Origin: an uncultured Dehalococcoidia bacterium
Lineage (GTDB): Bacteria; Chloroflexota; Dehalococcoidia; SHYB01
Direction of reading: 5' to 3'
Assembly: GCA_964619905.1 (NCBI GenBank)
Contig: CAZUGG010000122.1
Coordinates: 1 to 34,695, forward strand
DNA: 34,695 bases
Position numbers and translations under genes: made by a program. The stretch's first letter is position 1. Every line of letters starts with the position of its first letter. This document shows positions 17,853 through 26,272 of the stretch, piece by piece. The notes beneath the pieces are model-generated. The model was not told where the DNA came from. It did not search any database and saw only the letters and a list, made by a program, of their open reading frames with translations.

Positions 17853-19886
17853 CTAGTCGAGGTTCTCCAGGTCGATCCGATAGGTTGCGCTAACGCTGGT
17901 TTTCGGAGCTGCGGCGGCAACTACCACTACCCGCGGCGGGCCGTGGGCAGGCAAATGCAGTTCGCCTCGGTGGTCCGCGTCGAGCGACATTTCTGTAACC
18001 TTCTCATCCTGAGTGAGAGTTATTACACGCACTGAATACTCTTGAGGGGCTCGGTTGTCCGTCCGATAGAAGCCCTCGGCGTTCCACTTATTGTCTGACT
18101 CCGCATCGTCGATGAAGCCGATGGCTTCGATGCGGATATCGTCGATGAGCATGCCATTTGTGTGGACCGCTTGGTCAGTTATGTACTCAAATCTGACAAG
18201 CACCGTACTATCGGCGTAGTCGCTGAGATCGACTTTCTCTTCGACCCAGCGCGGCCTCGACCCCCCTCCGCTTGTGCCGGTGTAGCCTGGGCCATAGCTT
18301 TGGTCGAGGGGGTCTTCGCTGGTGGTATGGACTCCTTCGAGGACATCCCATGTCTGGCCGCCGTTGGGGGAGGCCATGACGTAAGCAAAGTCGAACTTGT
18401 TTTCAACCTCGAACCAGAGGGCGTATGTGAGTGTAGCCTTGCTCACGCCCGAGAGGTCGAAAGGCCGGGTCAGCCTAGCGTCAATGCTGTCTCCCCGATT
18501 GCTCCACCAAGCCCTCTTCCCGGAACGTGGGGTTGCGGGAAGAAGGGCAACCTCCGTGGTGCCCTCGAAAACTAACCGCCGGTCTTGTTTGGAGGGATTG
18601 AGCCTTATGTAGTCGGCTGCATACTGGTTCACCTGTGATTCGAAATCATCCTCCCCACCGAGCGTTTTCTCGATGCGAAAACGGGTGTTGACATCGTCCC
18701 CTTCGGTGGAGAGCTCGCGTATGAAGGCATCGGTTGTCCAATCAAAGAAAATCGCTTCGAAACTGTCGGCAATGCCCTGCTCGATAGCGAAAGCCTCCAC
18801 GGCGTCCACGCCAACGAGATCGCTGGTTAGCAGGTGAACGAGTTCATCTGCACCGGCCAAGTTGCTCAAATACCGCATGAAATTGTGCGCTGCTCCGTAG
18901 TGGGCGAGAGTCGCGTTTGAATCGTCTGGCCAGCCCGTCAGCTGAGTGTCGGGACTGCCGTAATAGTTGGCTTCGAAACTCCCGTGATACCCTGCCGCCT
19001 CCGCGACGTACTCAGAAGCCCCCTCTTGGATCCACGCCTCCTCGTAAGGATCGGCTGAGGCTTGGGCGGCATGCTGCAATTCATGGGCCAAGGTTGCGAA
19101 GTATTGGAAGCTACCTGGCTGGAGTATTGGGATGCTCATGTAGACCATCGGCCGCTCGTTGCTAAGGCTGTGGACCTCCCTTGGGAGGAGGTCGGTTATG
19201 CTGTAATAACCAGCAACGCCCGGGATCCGTGCGTGAAGAAGTGTTAGGCGGGAATCGATACCCCCACCTGGATCCCAATTGGGGTTCGCAAGCCGCTGCA
19301 CAGCGGGAATGATTACGTCCTCGAGTTCTCTAGCAGAACGCTCGAGCTGATCTTGGGGGACATTGATCTCGCGTTCCACGAAGAAATAGGCGTTGTCGCT
19401 TACTAGTCTGAGCTCAGCCTCGACGGTGAAGGGCCGACGATTATGCAGGTCCAGAAGAGCAAAGTCTTCTGTATGGCCAACCTCTAGGAGGACCCCTCGC
19501 TGACGCAGCGGTTCGATGCGATTCTCCAGAGACTTGAAGCGATTTGCTAGTTCAAGAAGATCGGCTCTTGGGGGCGTTGGGATGGGGGAAAACTTGGGGT
19601 CGGGCGCTAAGGGGGTTTCGGTGGCCGTTTTCGGAAGAGATGGGTCCTTTGGCGATGGTACCGTTGTGGAGGGTCGGGGTTGTACTGGTGTTGAGGTGGG
19701 GCCAAGAGGCGTATCTCCAGAATCGTTGGTGCATCCCGCGCTCAAGAGGGTGGCTATGAGAGCGACAACGAAAAGTCCGTGAGCGTGAGCGACCGGTCGG
19801 AACGGTAGTGTTGCTAGGCGAAGGGCATGGCCAAAGGAGAGCACACGCATAGGAGGCCCTTCGTGGTTAGGTCGGACCCTTAGCAT
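17853..19886 (-). CDS. Lipoprotein zinc metallopeptidase (MA-clan HExxH...E) with an InhA/M6-like C-terminal beta-sandwich
   Basis: 677-aa ORF. Signal peptide with lipobox LLSAGC, a Pro/Thr/Ser-rich linker, LAHELQHAAQASADPYEEAWIQEGASEY, and a C-terminal region (WWSNRGDS...YVMASPNGGQTWDVL...VLVRFEYITDQAVHTNGMLIDDIRI) like the immune-inhibitor-A accessory domain. An alternative start is ATG at 19850 (MRVLSF...). Confidence 0.75.
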   Translation of the reverse strand: MLRVRPNHEGPPMRVLSFGHALRLATLPFRPVAHAHGLFVVALIATLLSAGCTNDSGDTPLGPTSTPVQPRPSTTVPSPKDPSLPKTATETPLAPDPKFSPIPTPPRADLLELANRFKSLENRIEPLRQRGVLLEVGHTEDFALLDLHNRRPFTVEAELRLVSDNAYFFVEREINVPQDQLERSARELEDVIIPAVQRLANPNWDPGGGIDSRLTLLHARIPGVAGYYSITDLLPREVHSLSNERPMVYMSIPILQPGSFQYFATLAHELQHAAQASADPYEEAWIQEGASEYVAEAAGYHGSFEANYYGSPDTQLTGWPDDSNATLAHYGAAHNFMRYLSNLAGADELVHLLTSDLVGVDAVEAFAIEQGIADSFEAIFFDWTTDAFIRELSTEGDDVNTRFRIEKTLGGEDDFESQVNQYAADYIRLNPSKQDRRLVFEGTTEVALLPATPRSGKRAWWSNRGDSIDARLTRPFDLSGVSKATLTYALWFEVENKFDFAYVMASPNGGQTWDVLEGVHTTSEDPLDQSYGPGYTGTSGGGSRPRWVEEKVDLSDYADSTVLVRFEYITDQAVHTNGMLIDDIRIEAIGFIDDAESDNKWNAEGFYRTDNRAPQEYSVRVITLTQDEKVTEMSLDADHRGELHLPAHGPPRVVVVAAAAPKTSVSATYRIDLENLD

Positions 19887-19946
19887 TAATCAGGCTCTTT
19901 GCCCCGAGTTCGGCTTTGGATTACCCCATGATCGTGGATGGGCAAG

Positions 19947-20657
19947 CTAGAAGTTAAAATCGTATTCGAATGGAAGTACTGTACGAAGTGGGGCGGTAAC
20001 TAAGGCGGACCAGGCGTCTCCAGGTGGAGTTAAAGTTGCGTCCAAAGCTTGGTTGAGGCTTACGTCGGCAGGATCTCTCTCAACCAACAGCATGTAGGCT
20101 AGGCGCCCGGGCTCGGTTTCAGCCGCCGATTCGAAAGATATTGCTCCATGGATGCCGTCGATTGCTAATGCTGCGGGGAGCCCCACCTCTTCCCACCAGG
20201 GCTTCGCAACTTCGCTCTCCGAGTCCCCGATGATAATTACGATTCCTCGGTGGGCTAGGTAAGGGATTGCTGCTGGAGCCAGTGGGAGACCCTGAGCGGC
20301 GAAGGTTCCCGTCAAACGGTAGTAACCGGCGTATGGGACGTATCCCTGCCGCCACATGCGGCCTTGCTTATTGAGGCTTCGATCGAGCTCCTTCCCAAGA
20401 ACGCCGTAGCTGTCGAAGTTGATCGTGTTGGTCATATAGGTCGTGAAATAGGCACCCTTGCCGTCCTGCAATGCCTCTAGACCCACGTTGCGACGAAGGG
20501 CCTTCAGTTCTTCGGTGGCGACGTAGCGTCTACCGGCTATAACTTCGGGGCGCGACGTGTGCGTGGGTAGGTGATCCAGGTCATACCAACGGTTGTAATC
20601 TTCCGTTAGTTCTGGTGCGACATCGACAAACGCGAGAACCGCGCCTTTGATCTCCAT
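19947..20657 (-). CDS. Conserved hypothetical protein; apparent tandem ferredoxin-like (EthD/ABM/DUF4286-like) alpha+beta barrel halves
   Basis: 236-aa ORF with an AGGAGG ribosome-binding site 5 nt upstream of the ATG. Internal duplication is visible: VLAFVDVAPELTEDYNRWYDLDHLP...GAYFTTYM against IVIIIGDSESEVAKPWWEEVGLP...LAYMLLVE. The function call is speculative. Confidence 0.6.
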   Translation of the reverse strand: MEIKGAVLAFVDVAPELTEDYNRWYDLDHLPTHTSRPEVIAGRRYVATEELKALRRNVGLEALQDGKGAYFTTYMTNTINFDSYGVLGKELDRSLNKQGRMWRQGYVPYAGYYRLTGTFAAQGLPLAPAAIPYLAHRGIVIIIGDSESEVAKPWWEEVGLPAALAIDGIHGAISFESAAETEPGRLAYMLLVERDPADVSLNQALDATLTPPGDAWSALVTAPLRTVLPFEYDFNF

Positions 20658-20743
20658 AGTGGCCTCCTAGGTCTTGAGATGCGTTTGTTGTCAAACCCCG
20701 ATTGCGGCGCCGATTTCTTCCTTCGGAGTGAAGTCGAAGTCGA

Positions 20744-21838
20744 TCATGTCAGGGGCAGGCCTTCAAGGCCCATGTGGTAGATCTCATTGCAGTTGCCGAA
20801 AACGATCTTGTCTCGGATCGTGGTATCGATGCCCTCGAACTGCTCCCGCATTAGGGGCAGAGACTCTGGCCAGGTGCTGTCGTCATGAGGGTAGTCGGTA
20901 GCCCACATAAGCATGTCGGGGGACATAAACTCGAGATTTGCTAGTCCTACACGATCGGTCATAAAGGTCAGACGAACGTTCCGCTCCATGATTTCCCGAG
21001 GGGTAAGACCGGATGGGAAAGTACCGCCGTGGCGGCCGCGTTTACGTCGGTAGCCATACTCCATGCGCTGGATGAGATAGGGGACCCACCCGATGTCGTT
21101 CTCGACGGAGATAACTTTTAGATCAGGAAAGCGCTCGAAGACACCCGAGAAGACGAGGGTGACAAGCGTATCCGGGATGAGATGAACGAGGTGGGTGTAG
21201 TTGATTAGGAAGTTGGTGATTGGTCGGTCGACCCCCGTGAAAGCGTGTAGAGAGATGGGGATTTCTAGATCGACAGCAACCTCCCATAACGGATCGTAAT
21301 GATCACCTTGGAACGATAAGCTTTCCACTGGCGGGGTTCCCCAGACCGCTGCGCCCCTAAATCCCATCTCTGCAGCACGCTTAAGTTCGCGTACTCCTAC
21401 GTCGATGTTGTAGGTAGGGATCAGGGCAATGCCGTAAAGTCTTCTTGGATCGGTGGCGCAGAACTCCGCAAGCCAGTCGTTGTAGGCTCGGAAGCAGGCA
21501 GCTTGCAGATCCTCGTCGGGGATACTGTATATCCGCATTCCCATGCTGGGGTACAGAACCTCGGCCTCGACCCCATCCATGTCCATCTCTTTTAGCCGCG
21601 CAATGGGGTCATAACCGCCGCTTCGCCCCTCCGTGCCCTGCTTTTTTTGGACGGCGTAAGGTGTTCCTAGCGCCCGGATTCTACCCTCGGATCGCCCCTC
21701 ACAAACGAAGATGTGGCCGTTACCATCAGGTGCTTCCACTACCCTCGGAGCCCGGTCCCTGAATTCCAGGGCGATGCGGTCGGCCCACATGCCCCAAGGC
21801 TCAAGAATGTGCGAATCAGCTGAGATGGCTCGTACCAT
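20744..21838 (-). CDS. Amidohydrolase family 2 (PF04909/ACMSD-like metal-dependent hydrolase or decarboxylase)
   Basis: 364 aa: MVRAISADSHILEP...ISLHAF...MWATDYPHDDSTW. It is an intact paralog of the interrupted gene at 5112-6236. Confidence 0.85.
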   Translation of the reverse strand: MVRAISADSHILEPWGMWADRIALEFRDRAPRVVEAPDGNGHIFVCEGRSEGRIRALGTPYAVQKKQGTEGRSGGYDPIARLKEMDMDGVEAEVLYPSMGMRIYSIPDEDLQAACFRAYNDWLAEFCATDPRRLYGIALIPTYNIDVGVRELKRAAEMGFRGAAVWGTPPVESLSFQGDHYDPLWEVAVDLEIPISLHAFTGVDRPITNFLINYTHLVHLIPDTLVTLVFSGVFERFPDLKVISVENDIGWVPYLIQRMEYGYRRKRGRHGGTFPSGLTPREIMERNVRLTFMTDRVGLANLEFMSPDMLMWATDYPHDDSTWPESLPLMREQFEGIDTTIRDKIVFGNCNEIYHMGLEGLPLT

Positions 21839-22042
21839 CGCGGTCTGCCTCCGGAAAGATCAAAGGGGCCGGAACCTTATTTTCGAGGCGTATGGTGGCA
21901 CAAGAGAGGGGGAGGGTTCAAATAGGAACACGGCGAGCCTCTATGGGCTCTCCCAATAGATAAGCCCATTGCCAGGAGGGCCGGGGCAAGATAAAGTTTG
22001 AACTGAGTTTGAGAAAAAAATCCCAAAGTCGCACCAGCCAGC

Positions 22043-22072
22043 TTGACTCTTATGAAGTGCGCTACCTATAAT
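22043..22072 (+). promoter_or_regulatory. Near-consensus sigma70-type promoter for the DUF177-rpmF-fab operon
   Basis: TTGACT (22043-22048), an 18-nt spacer, then TATAAT (22067-22072). An A7 tract lies about 25 nt upstream (UP-element-like). The promoter is about 36 nt upstream of the GTG start at 22108, which has a GGGAGGGG ribosome-binding site. Confidence 0.55.
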
Positions 22073-22107
22073 TAGACCGTTCTGGCCCGAATTGGGAGGG
22101 GCAGGTC

Positions 22108-22632
22108 GTGCAGTGGAATGTTGCGCAGCTACTCCAGTCGAATATCGGGGCGGTGCGAACGTATTCGGTTGATGAGCTTGAGGGTCGATATAAGGAGCTT
22201 GACGGGAAAGTGATAGGCACCGTGCGGCTCATGAAAACGGACCGGGGGATATTGGTCCGAGCACCCGTCACCACCCGTGTTTGGTGCAGTTGCAGCCGCT
22301 GCCTAATTAGTTTCTCGGAGCCAGTGAGCTTCGAGATAGACGAGGTTTTTTACCCAGTAGATGGTGTTTTTCATGAGGGGAAGCTAGCCGAACCTGAGAC
22401 AGATGGGGAATTTACAATTGACCGGCACCACATCCTGGACTTGGGTGAGCCGGTTTGTCAGTACGCTCTATTAAGCGTACCGATGAAACCGCTCTGTACA
22501 CGGGAGTGCTCGGGTCTCTGCCCCACATGCGGAACAAACCTAAACTTAGAAACCTGTAGATGTCCTAAGGGTCAAGTGGACCCAAGGTGGGACGTACTGC
22601 GACAGATGTCGGCCGAGGTCGGCATCAACTAA
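22108..22632 (+). CDS. DUF177 (YceD-like) protein
   Basis: 174 aa with a C-terminal Cys cluster (CTRECSGLCPTCGTNLN..CRC) and the conserved position immediately upstream of rpmF. Confidence 0.8.
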   Translation: MQWNVAQLLQSNIGAVRTYSVDELEGRYKELDGKVIGTVRLMKTDRGILVRAPVTTRVWCSCSRCLISFSEPVSFEIDEVFYPVDGVFHEGKLAEPETDGEFTIDRHHILDLGEPVCQYALLSVPMKPLCTRECSGLCPTCGTNLNLETCRCPKGQVDPRWDVLRQMSAEVGIN

Positions 22633-22641
22633 AAGGCAGCT

Positions 22642-22827
22642 ATGGCGCCTCTTCCAAAAAGAAAACGGTCCAAGTCTCGGCAGGGGACTCACAGGGCACA
22701 CCGGGGCCTTCGCCTCCGGAGCTTGAGCGTGTGTCCAAACTGTGGATCCGCTAAGATGTCGCATCGGGCGTGTCACAGCTGTGGCACCTACGACGGGCGC
22801 ACTGTGCTGCCGGAGGCTGGCGAATAG
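22642..22827 (+). CDS. rpmF: 50S ribosomal protein L32
   Basis: 61 aa: MAPLPKRKRSKSRQGTHRAH...CPNCGSAKMSHRACHSCGTY. Canonical L32 with a zinc ribbon. Confidence 0.95.
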   Translation: MAPLPKRKRSKSRQGTHRAHRGLRLRSLSVCPNCGSAKMSHRACHSCGTYDGRTVLPEAGE

Positions 22828-22858
22828 CAGCCTCGGTGTCGGCCAGGGCAGATGTTGG

Positions 22859-23824
22859 ATGGAGAGATATTTGAGCACGGCGGATCTTGAAACCGAGAGC
22901 GTAGCGTTTATCTTCCCGGGCCAGGGCTCCCAGCATATTGGTATGGGAGCGGACCTGTACGAGGAGTCGACAGCTGCTCGCTCCATCTTCAATAAGGCGG
23001 ACGAGGTTCTCGAGTTCCCCTTGTCGAAACTTTGCTTCGGTGGCAGTGAAGACGAGCTTCGCCAGACCCACAACGCCCAACCGGCCATTCTGGCAACAAG
23101 CATTGCGGCCATGGCTGCTGTTGGGGAGGCCCGTGGCGCCAAGCCGGAAGTGGAACCTCGGTACGTAGCGGGGCACAGTCTCGGCGAGTATACGGCTCTC
23201 GTGGCGGCTGGCTCCCTGGACTTCGATGACGCTCTACGATTAGTGAGAGAGCGTGGAAGACTAATGCAGGAAGCTGGGCAAGTACGGGAAGGGGGCATGG
23301 CGGCGATCCTGGGCCTGGATGAGTCCTTGGTGGAGCAGCTATGTCAACAGACCGGGGCTGAGATTGGCAACGTCAACACAGACGGTCAGATAGTGGTGAG
23401 CGGCTCGAAGGATTCACTGGTACAGGCCATCGATTTAGCGCGTGCCATGGGCGCGAGGAAGGCCATGCCGTTAGTGGTGAGCGGCGCGTTTCACTCTAGC
23501 CTTATGCAGCCCGCTGTCCCAGGCATGATGTGCGCCCGCGACGGCGCGAAGATCGCGACTGCAAGGGTTCCTCTTGTCTGTAATACAACGGCCCAGCCGA
23601 TAGATGATGAGGGGGCCATTCATGGGGAGCTCGTCGATCAGATATGCCAGCCTGTTCAGTGGTCTCGGTCGGTTGATTATATGGCGACTCATGGCGTGAA
23701 GCGGTTTGTCGAGATGGGTCCGGGCAAGGTGCTAACCGGTCTCGTCAGGCGTATTGCCAAGGAAGCAGAAGCGATCAGCGTCAATGATATGGCGGCGGTG
23801 CGCAACTACGCCGTGGCCTACTGA
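22859..23824 (+). CDS. fabD: Malonyl CoA-ACP transacylase
   Basis: VAFIFPGQGSQHIGMG...AGHSLGEYTALVAAGSL (GHSxG)...VSGAFHSSLM. The track ORF starts at 22742, overlapping rpmF. I prefer ATG 22859; TTG 22871 is also possible. Confidence 0.9.
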   Translation: MERYLSTADLETESVAFIFPGQGSQHIGMGADLYEESTAARSIFNKADEVLEFPLSKLCFGGSEDELRQTHNAQPAILATSIAAMAAVGEARGAKPEVEPRYVAGHSLGEYTALVAAGSLDFDDALRLVRERGRLMQEAGQVREGGMAAILGLDESLVEQLCQQTGAEIGNVNTDGQIVVSGSKDSLVQAIDLARAMGARKAMPLVVSGAFHSSLMQPAVPGMMCARDGAKIATARVPLVCNTTAQPIDDEGAIHGELVDQICQPVQWSRSVDYMATHGVKRFVEMGPGKVLTGLVRRIAKEAEAISVNDMAAVRNYAVAY

Positions 23825-23842
23825 GCCACGTCGCTAACGGCG

Positions 23843-24580
23843 ATGGAGCTTACCGGCAAGATCGCACTCATTACGGGAAGTAGTCGTGGCATAGGCAGGG
23901 GCATCGCGCTCCGTCTAATTGCGGCAGGTGCCACAGTCGCTTTGAACGCCACCAAGGACGCCTCAGAGACTCAGGCCGCGATCGAATCTGTTGGTGGCTC
24001 TTGTTCAGTGCACATAGCGGATGTCAGCGACTCGGCTCAGGCTGACAAAATGGTCCAGAATGTGATTGATCGACACGGTGCCATCGACTGCCTCATCAAT
24101 AATGCAGGTGTCAATCACGACACCCTCATGCTCCGCATGACCGACCAAGATTGGAGACACGTGAGTGAAGTCAATCTCACAGGGGTCTTCAACTGCTCTC
24201 GTGCGGCCCTCAAACACATGGTGCGGCGACGAACCGGCAGGATAATCAACATGGGGAGCGTCGTTGGTTACAGAGGCAACGCCGGGCAAACGAATTATTC
24301 TGCGACCAAATCCGGTCTAATCGGTATGACGCGAAGCATAGCCTTAGAGGTCGGATCGCGTGGGATCACGGCTAACGTAGTGACGCCTGGCTATATCGAT
24401 ACGGAAATGACGCGAGATATGCCCGAGGTCACTCGCGAAGCTATCCGAGAGGCGATACCAATGAGGCGCTTCGGCACCCCAGAAGATGTGGCTGAGGTCG
24501 TACTCTTTCTGTGCAGCGAAGAAGCCGACTATATTAGTGGCCAGGTCTTGCCTGTTGACGGTGGCCTGGTGCTCGTCTAG
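23843..24580 (+). CDS. fabG: 3-oxoacyl-ACP reductase
   Basis: 245 aa: ALITGSSRGIGRGIAL, NNAGV, NYSATKSG, and a C-terminal GQVLPVDGG. Sits next to fabD. Confidence 0.9.
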   Translation: MELTGKIALITGSSRGIGRGIALRLIAAGATVALNATKDASETQAAIESVGGSCSVHIADVSDSAQADKMVQNVIDRHGAIDCLINNAGVNHDTLMLRMTDQDWRHVSEVNLTGVFNCSRAALKHMVRRRTGRIINMGSVVGYRGNAGQTNYSATKSGLIGMTRSIALEVGSRGITANVVTPGYIDTEMTRDMPEVTREAIREAIPMRRFGTPEDVAEVVLFLCSEEADYISGQVLPVDGGLVLV

Positions 24581-24622
24581 CAAGGGTTAAGAAGCCCGGC
24601 GCCTTGGGAGACTAGAACAAGT

Positions 24623-25039
24623 ATGTCGGGAGCACGACGGAAAGCCCGGATCCTGGCGTTGCAGGTCCTTTACGAGGTCGACTCCTCATCCCATGAGTGG
24701 CAACCGACTCTCGAACGAGCCATTGAGGAGGGAAACTTGGGGAAAGAAGGGGAAGGGCTTGCTCGTTTGATCCTGGCCGACGTGATGGCCCATAGGGACG
24801 AGGCTGATGAATTAATAGCTACTCATGCTCCTCAACATCCTGTAACGCAACTATCGGCCGTCGACCGCAATATATTACGTATTGCGATCTGCGAAATTTC
24901 GTTCAATAATAGGACGCCGCCAAAGGTGGCAATCAACGAAGCTGTCGAGATTGCCAAGGTATTCGGCAGTGATACGCTACATCGGTTCGTGAACGGAGTG
25001 CTTGGATCCGTGATGGCGGCAACTGTTCCCAAAGCTTGA
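24623..25039 (+). CDS. nusB: Transcription antitermination factor NusB
   Basis: 138 aa: RRKARILALQVLYEVD...LSAVDRNILRIAICEI...PPKVAINEAVEIAKVFG...FVNGVLG. Confidence 0.9.
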   Translation: MSGARRKARILALQVLYEVDSSSHEWQPTLERAIEEGNLGKEGEGLARLILADVMAHRDEADELIATHAPQHPVTQLSAVDRNILRIAICEISFNNRTPPKVAINEAVEIAKVFGSDTLHRFVNGVLGSVMAATVPKA

Positions 25040-25065
25040 TACAACCGGATTGACCGGAGGTCCCT

Positions 25066-25323
25066 TTGCCTACCGTCTTTGAGAGAGTTACCAAGGTGAC
25101 GGTTGAGCAGCTTGGTGTCGAAGAGAACCAGGTTGTTCCCAACGCATCGTTTGTGGAAGATCTAAATGCCGACTCGCTGGACCTTGTAGAGCTAATCATG
25201 GCTCTGGAAGAGGAGTTCAGTGAGGGTGATGCCAAGCTCGAGATCTCAGATGAGGACGCCGAGAAGATCGTCACTGTGCAAGATGCGGTGGACTTCATCA
25301 CCGATAACGAAGCTGGCCAGTAG
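25066..25323 (+). CDS. acpP: Acyl carrier protein
   Basis: 85 aa with the phosphopantetheine site [22 protein letters not shown] start. Confidence 0.95.
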   Translation: MPTVFERVTKVTVEQLGVEENQVVPNASFVEDLNADSLDLVELIMALEEEFSEGDAKLEISDEDAEKIVTVQDAVDFITDNEAGQ

Positions 25324-25343
25324 CAGGCGGGGAATCCGCCCTG
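25324..25343. terminator. Weak hairpin between the convergent acpP and mazG genes
   Basis: GGCGG-GGAAT-CCGCC (25326-25340) with partial flanking pairing. There is no clear U-tract on either strand. Confidence 0.3.
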
Positions 25344-25350
25344 GTATTCG

Positions 25351-26133
25351 TTAGCCGACTTCCCGTTTGGCTTGTTGCCAGAGGGCCTCTTTCTCGACTA
25401 GAGAGAGATCGCTAAGGCCGCAGCCAATCTGAGAGGCCGCTCGCTCCATGTGCCGGAAGCGACGGTTGAAGCGCTTATTTGCATTCCGAACGGCTGTCTC
25501 GGCATCGAGGTCAACCCAACGTGCCACGTTGACCAACGAGGCTAAGATGTCGCCCAATTCGTGCTCGTGTTCCTTCGCTGACCTGGCATTCTTGAACTCA
25601 TCGATTTCCTCACGGACCTTGTCGATTACGCCATTGATATCGTCCCATTCGAATCCTAACTTGCCAGCCCGACGCTGGATTTCTTGGCTGTGAGCGAGCG
25701 CTGGGAGTGATTCCGATACTCCGTCGAGCACGGACTCGCTCGAGTTCCCACGCTCCTGGTCTTTGAGTAGCTGCCAGTTGTCAGCGACCTCTTCTGCAGT
25801 TGTGACCTCGAGATCCCCAAAGACGTGGGGATGTCGACGCAGGAGCTTGGAATTGATTGCGTGAAGCACATCATCGATGGTGAAGGTCCCCTCGTCGGAA
25901 CCGATTTGCGAGTGGAGTCCGACTTGCAGCAAAACATCGCCGAGTTCCTCGGCGAGGTGGGATCGGTCGTTCTCGTCGATGGCGTCAACTGCCTCGTAGC
26001 ATTCCTCTATGAGGTAGCGGCGGAGCGTCTGGTGAGACTGCGAGCGATCCCAGGGGCAACCCTCGGGTCCGCGCAGTTTAGCGATGATCGATAGAAAGGT
26101 ATCGAAACTCTTGAGTTGCTCGTAGTCATGCAT
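25351..26133 (-). CDS. mazG: Nucleoside triphosphate pyrophosphohydrolase MazG (tandem MazG domains)
   Basis: 260 aa: CPWDRSQSHQTLRRYLIEECYEAVDAI...EELGDVLLQV in the first domain, and EIDEF...HELGDILASLVNVARW in the second. Confidence 0.85.
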   Translation of the reverse strand: MHDYEQLKSFDTFLSIIAKLRGPEGCPWDRSQSHQTLRRYLIEECYEAVDAIDENDRSHLAEELGDVLLQVGLHSQIGSDEGTFTIDDVLHAINSKLLRRHPHVFGDLEVTTAEEVADNWQLLKDQERGNSSESVLDGVSESLPALAHSQEIQRRAGKLGFEWDDINGVIDKVREEIDEFKNARSAKEHEHELGDILASLVNVARWVDLDAETAVRNANKRFNRRFRHMERAASQIGCGLSDLSLVEKEALWQQAKREVG

Positions 26134-26272
26134 AACTTGGTGTTCGTGACCCGACTTATGGCGTGCCCAATTATCGTTGCCAGGCGGTTAACATGACAAT
26201 GGCGGTACAAGCCTAACGATAACGATGCTTCGCTCCCTCTGCCCCATGTTAGGGCGTTCGGATGATTGGCCC

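Noticed and set aside
21911-21930. A T-loop-like GGGTTCAAATAGG, checked as a possible tRNA or tmRNA fragment
   Set aside because: The flanks cannot form a T-stem, and no acceptor or anticodon arms can be drawn. A similar GGTTCGAATAGG at about 13347 lies inside an SDR gene.
21935-21950. The GAGCC-TCTATG-GGCTC hairpin upstream of the amidohydrolase at 21838
   Set aside because: The stem is short (5 bp) with no U-tract or conserved context, so it cannot be distinguished from chance.
22546-23298. A 250-aa minus-strand ORF overlapping rpmF and fabD
   Set aside because: It is antisense to two unmistakable genes. Its composition is Arg/Ser/Pro/Ala-rich and low in complexity, which is typical of shadow ORFs in GC-rich DNA. 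It has no recognisable motifs.
25351-26133. MazG as part of a toxin-antitoxin or phage-defence module
   Set aside because: It is the full-length tandem-domain housekeeping type. No mazE/mazF-like small genes or other defence genes are adjacent; the neighbours are acpP and a membrane protein.
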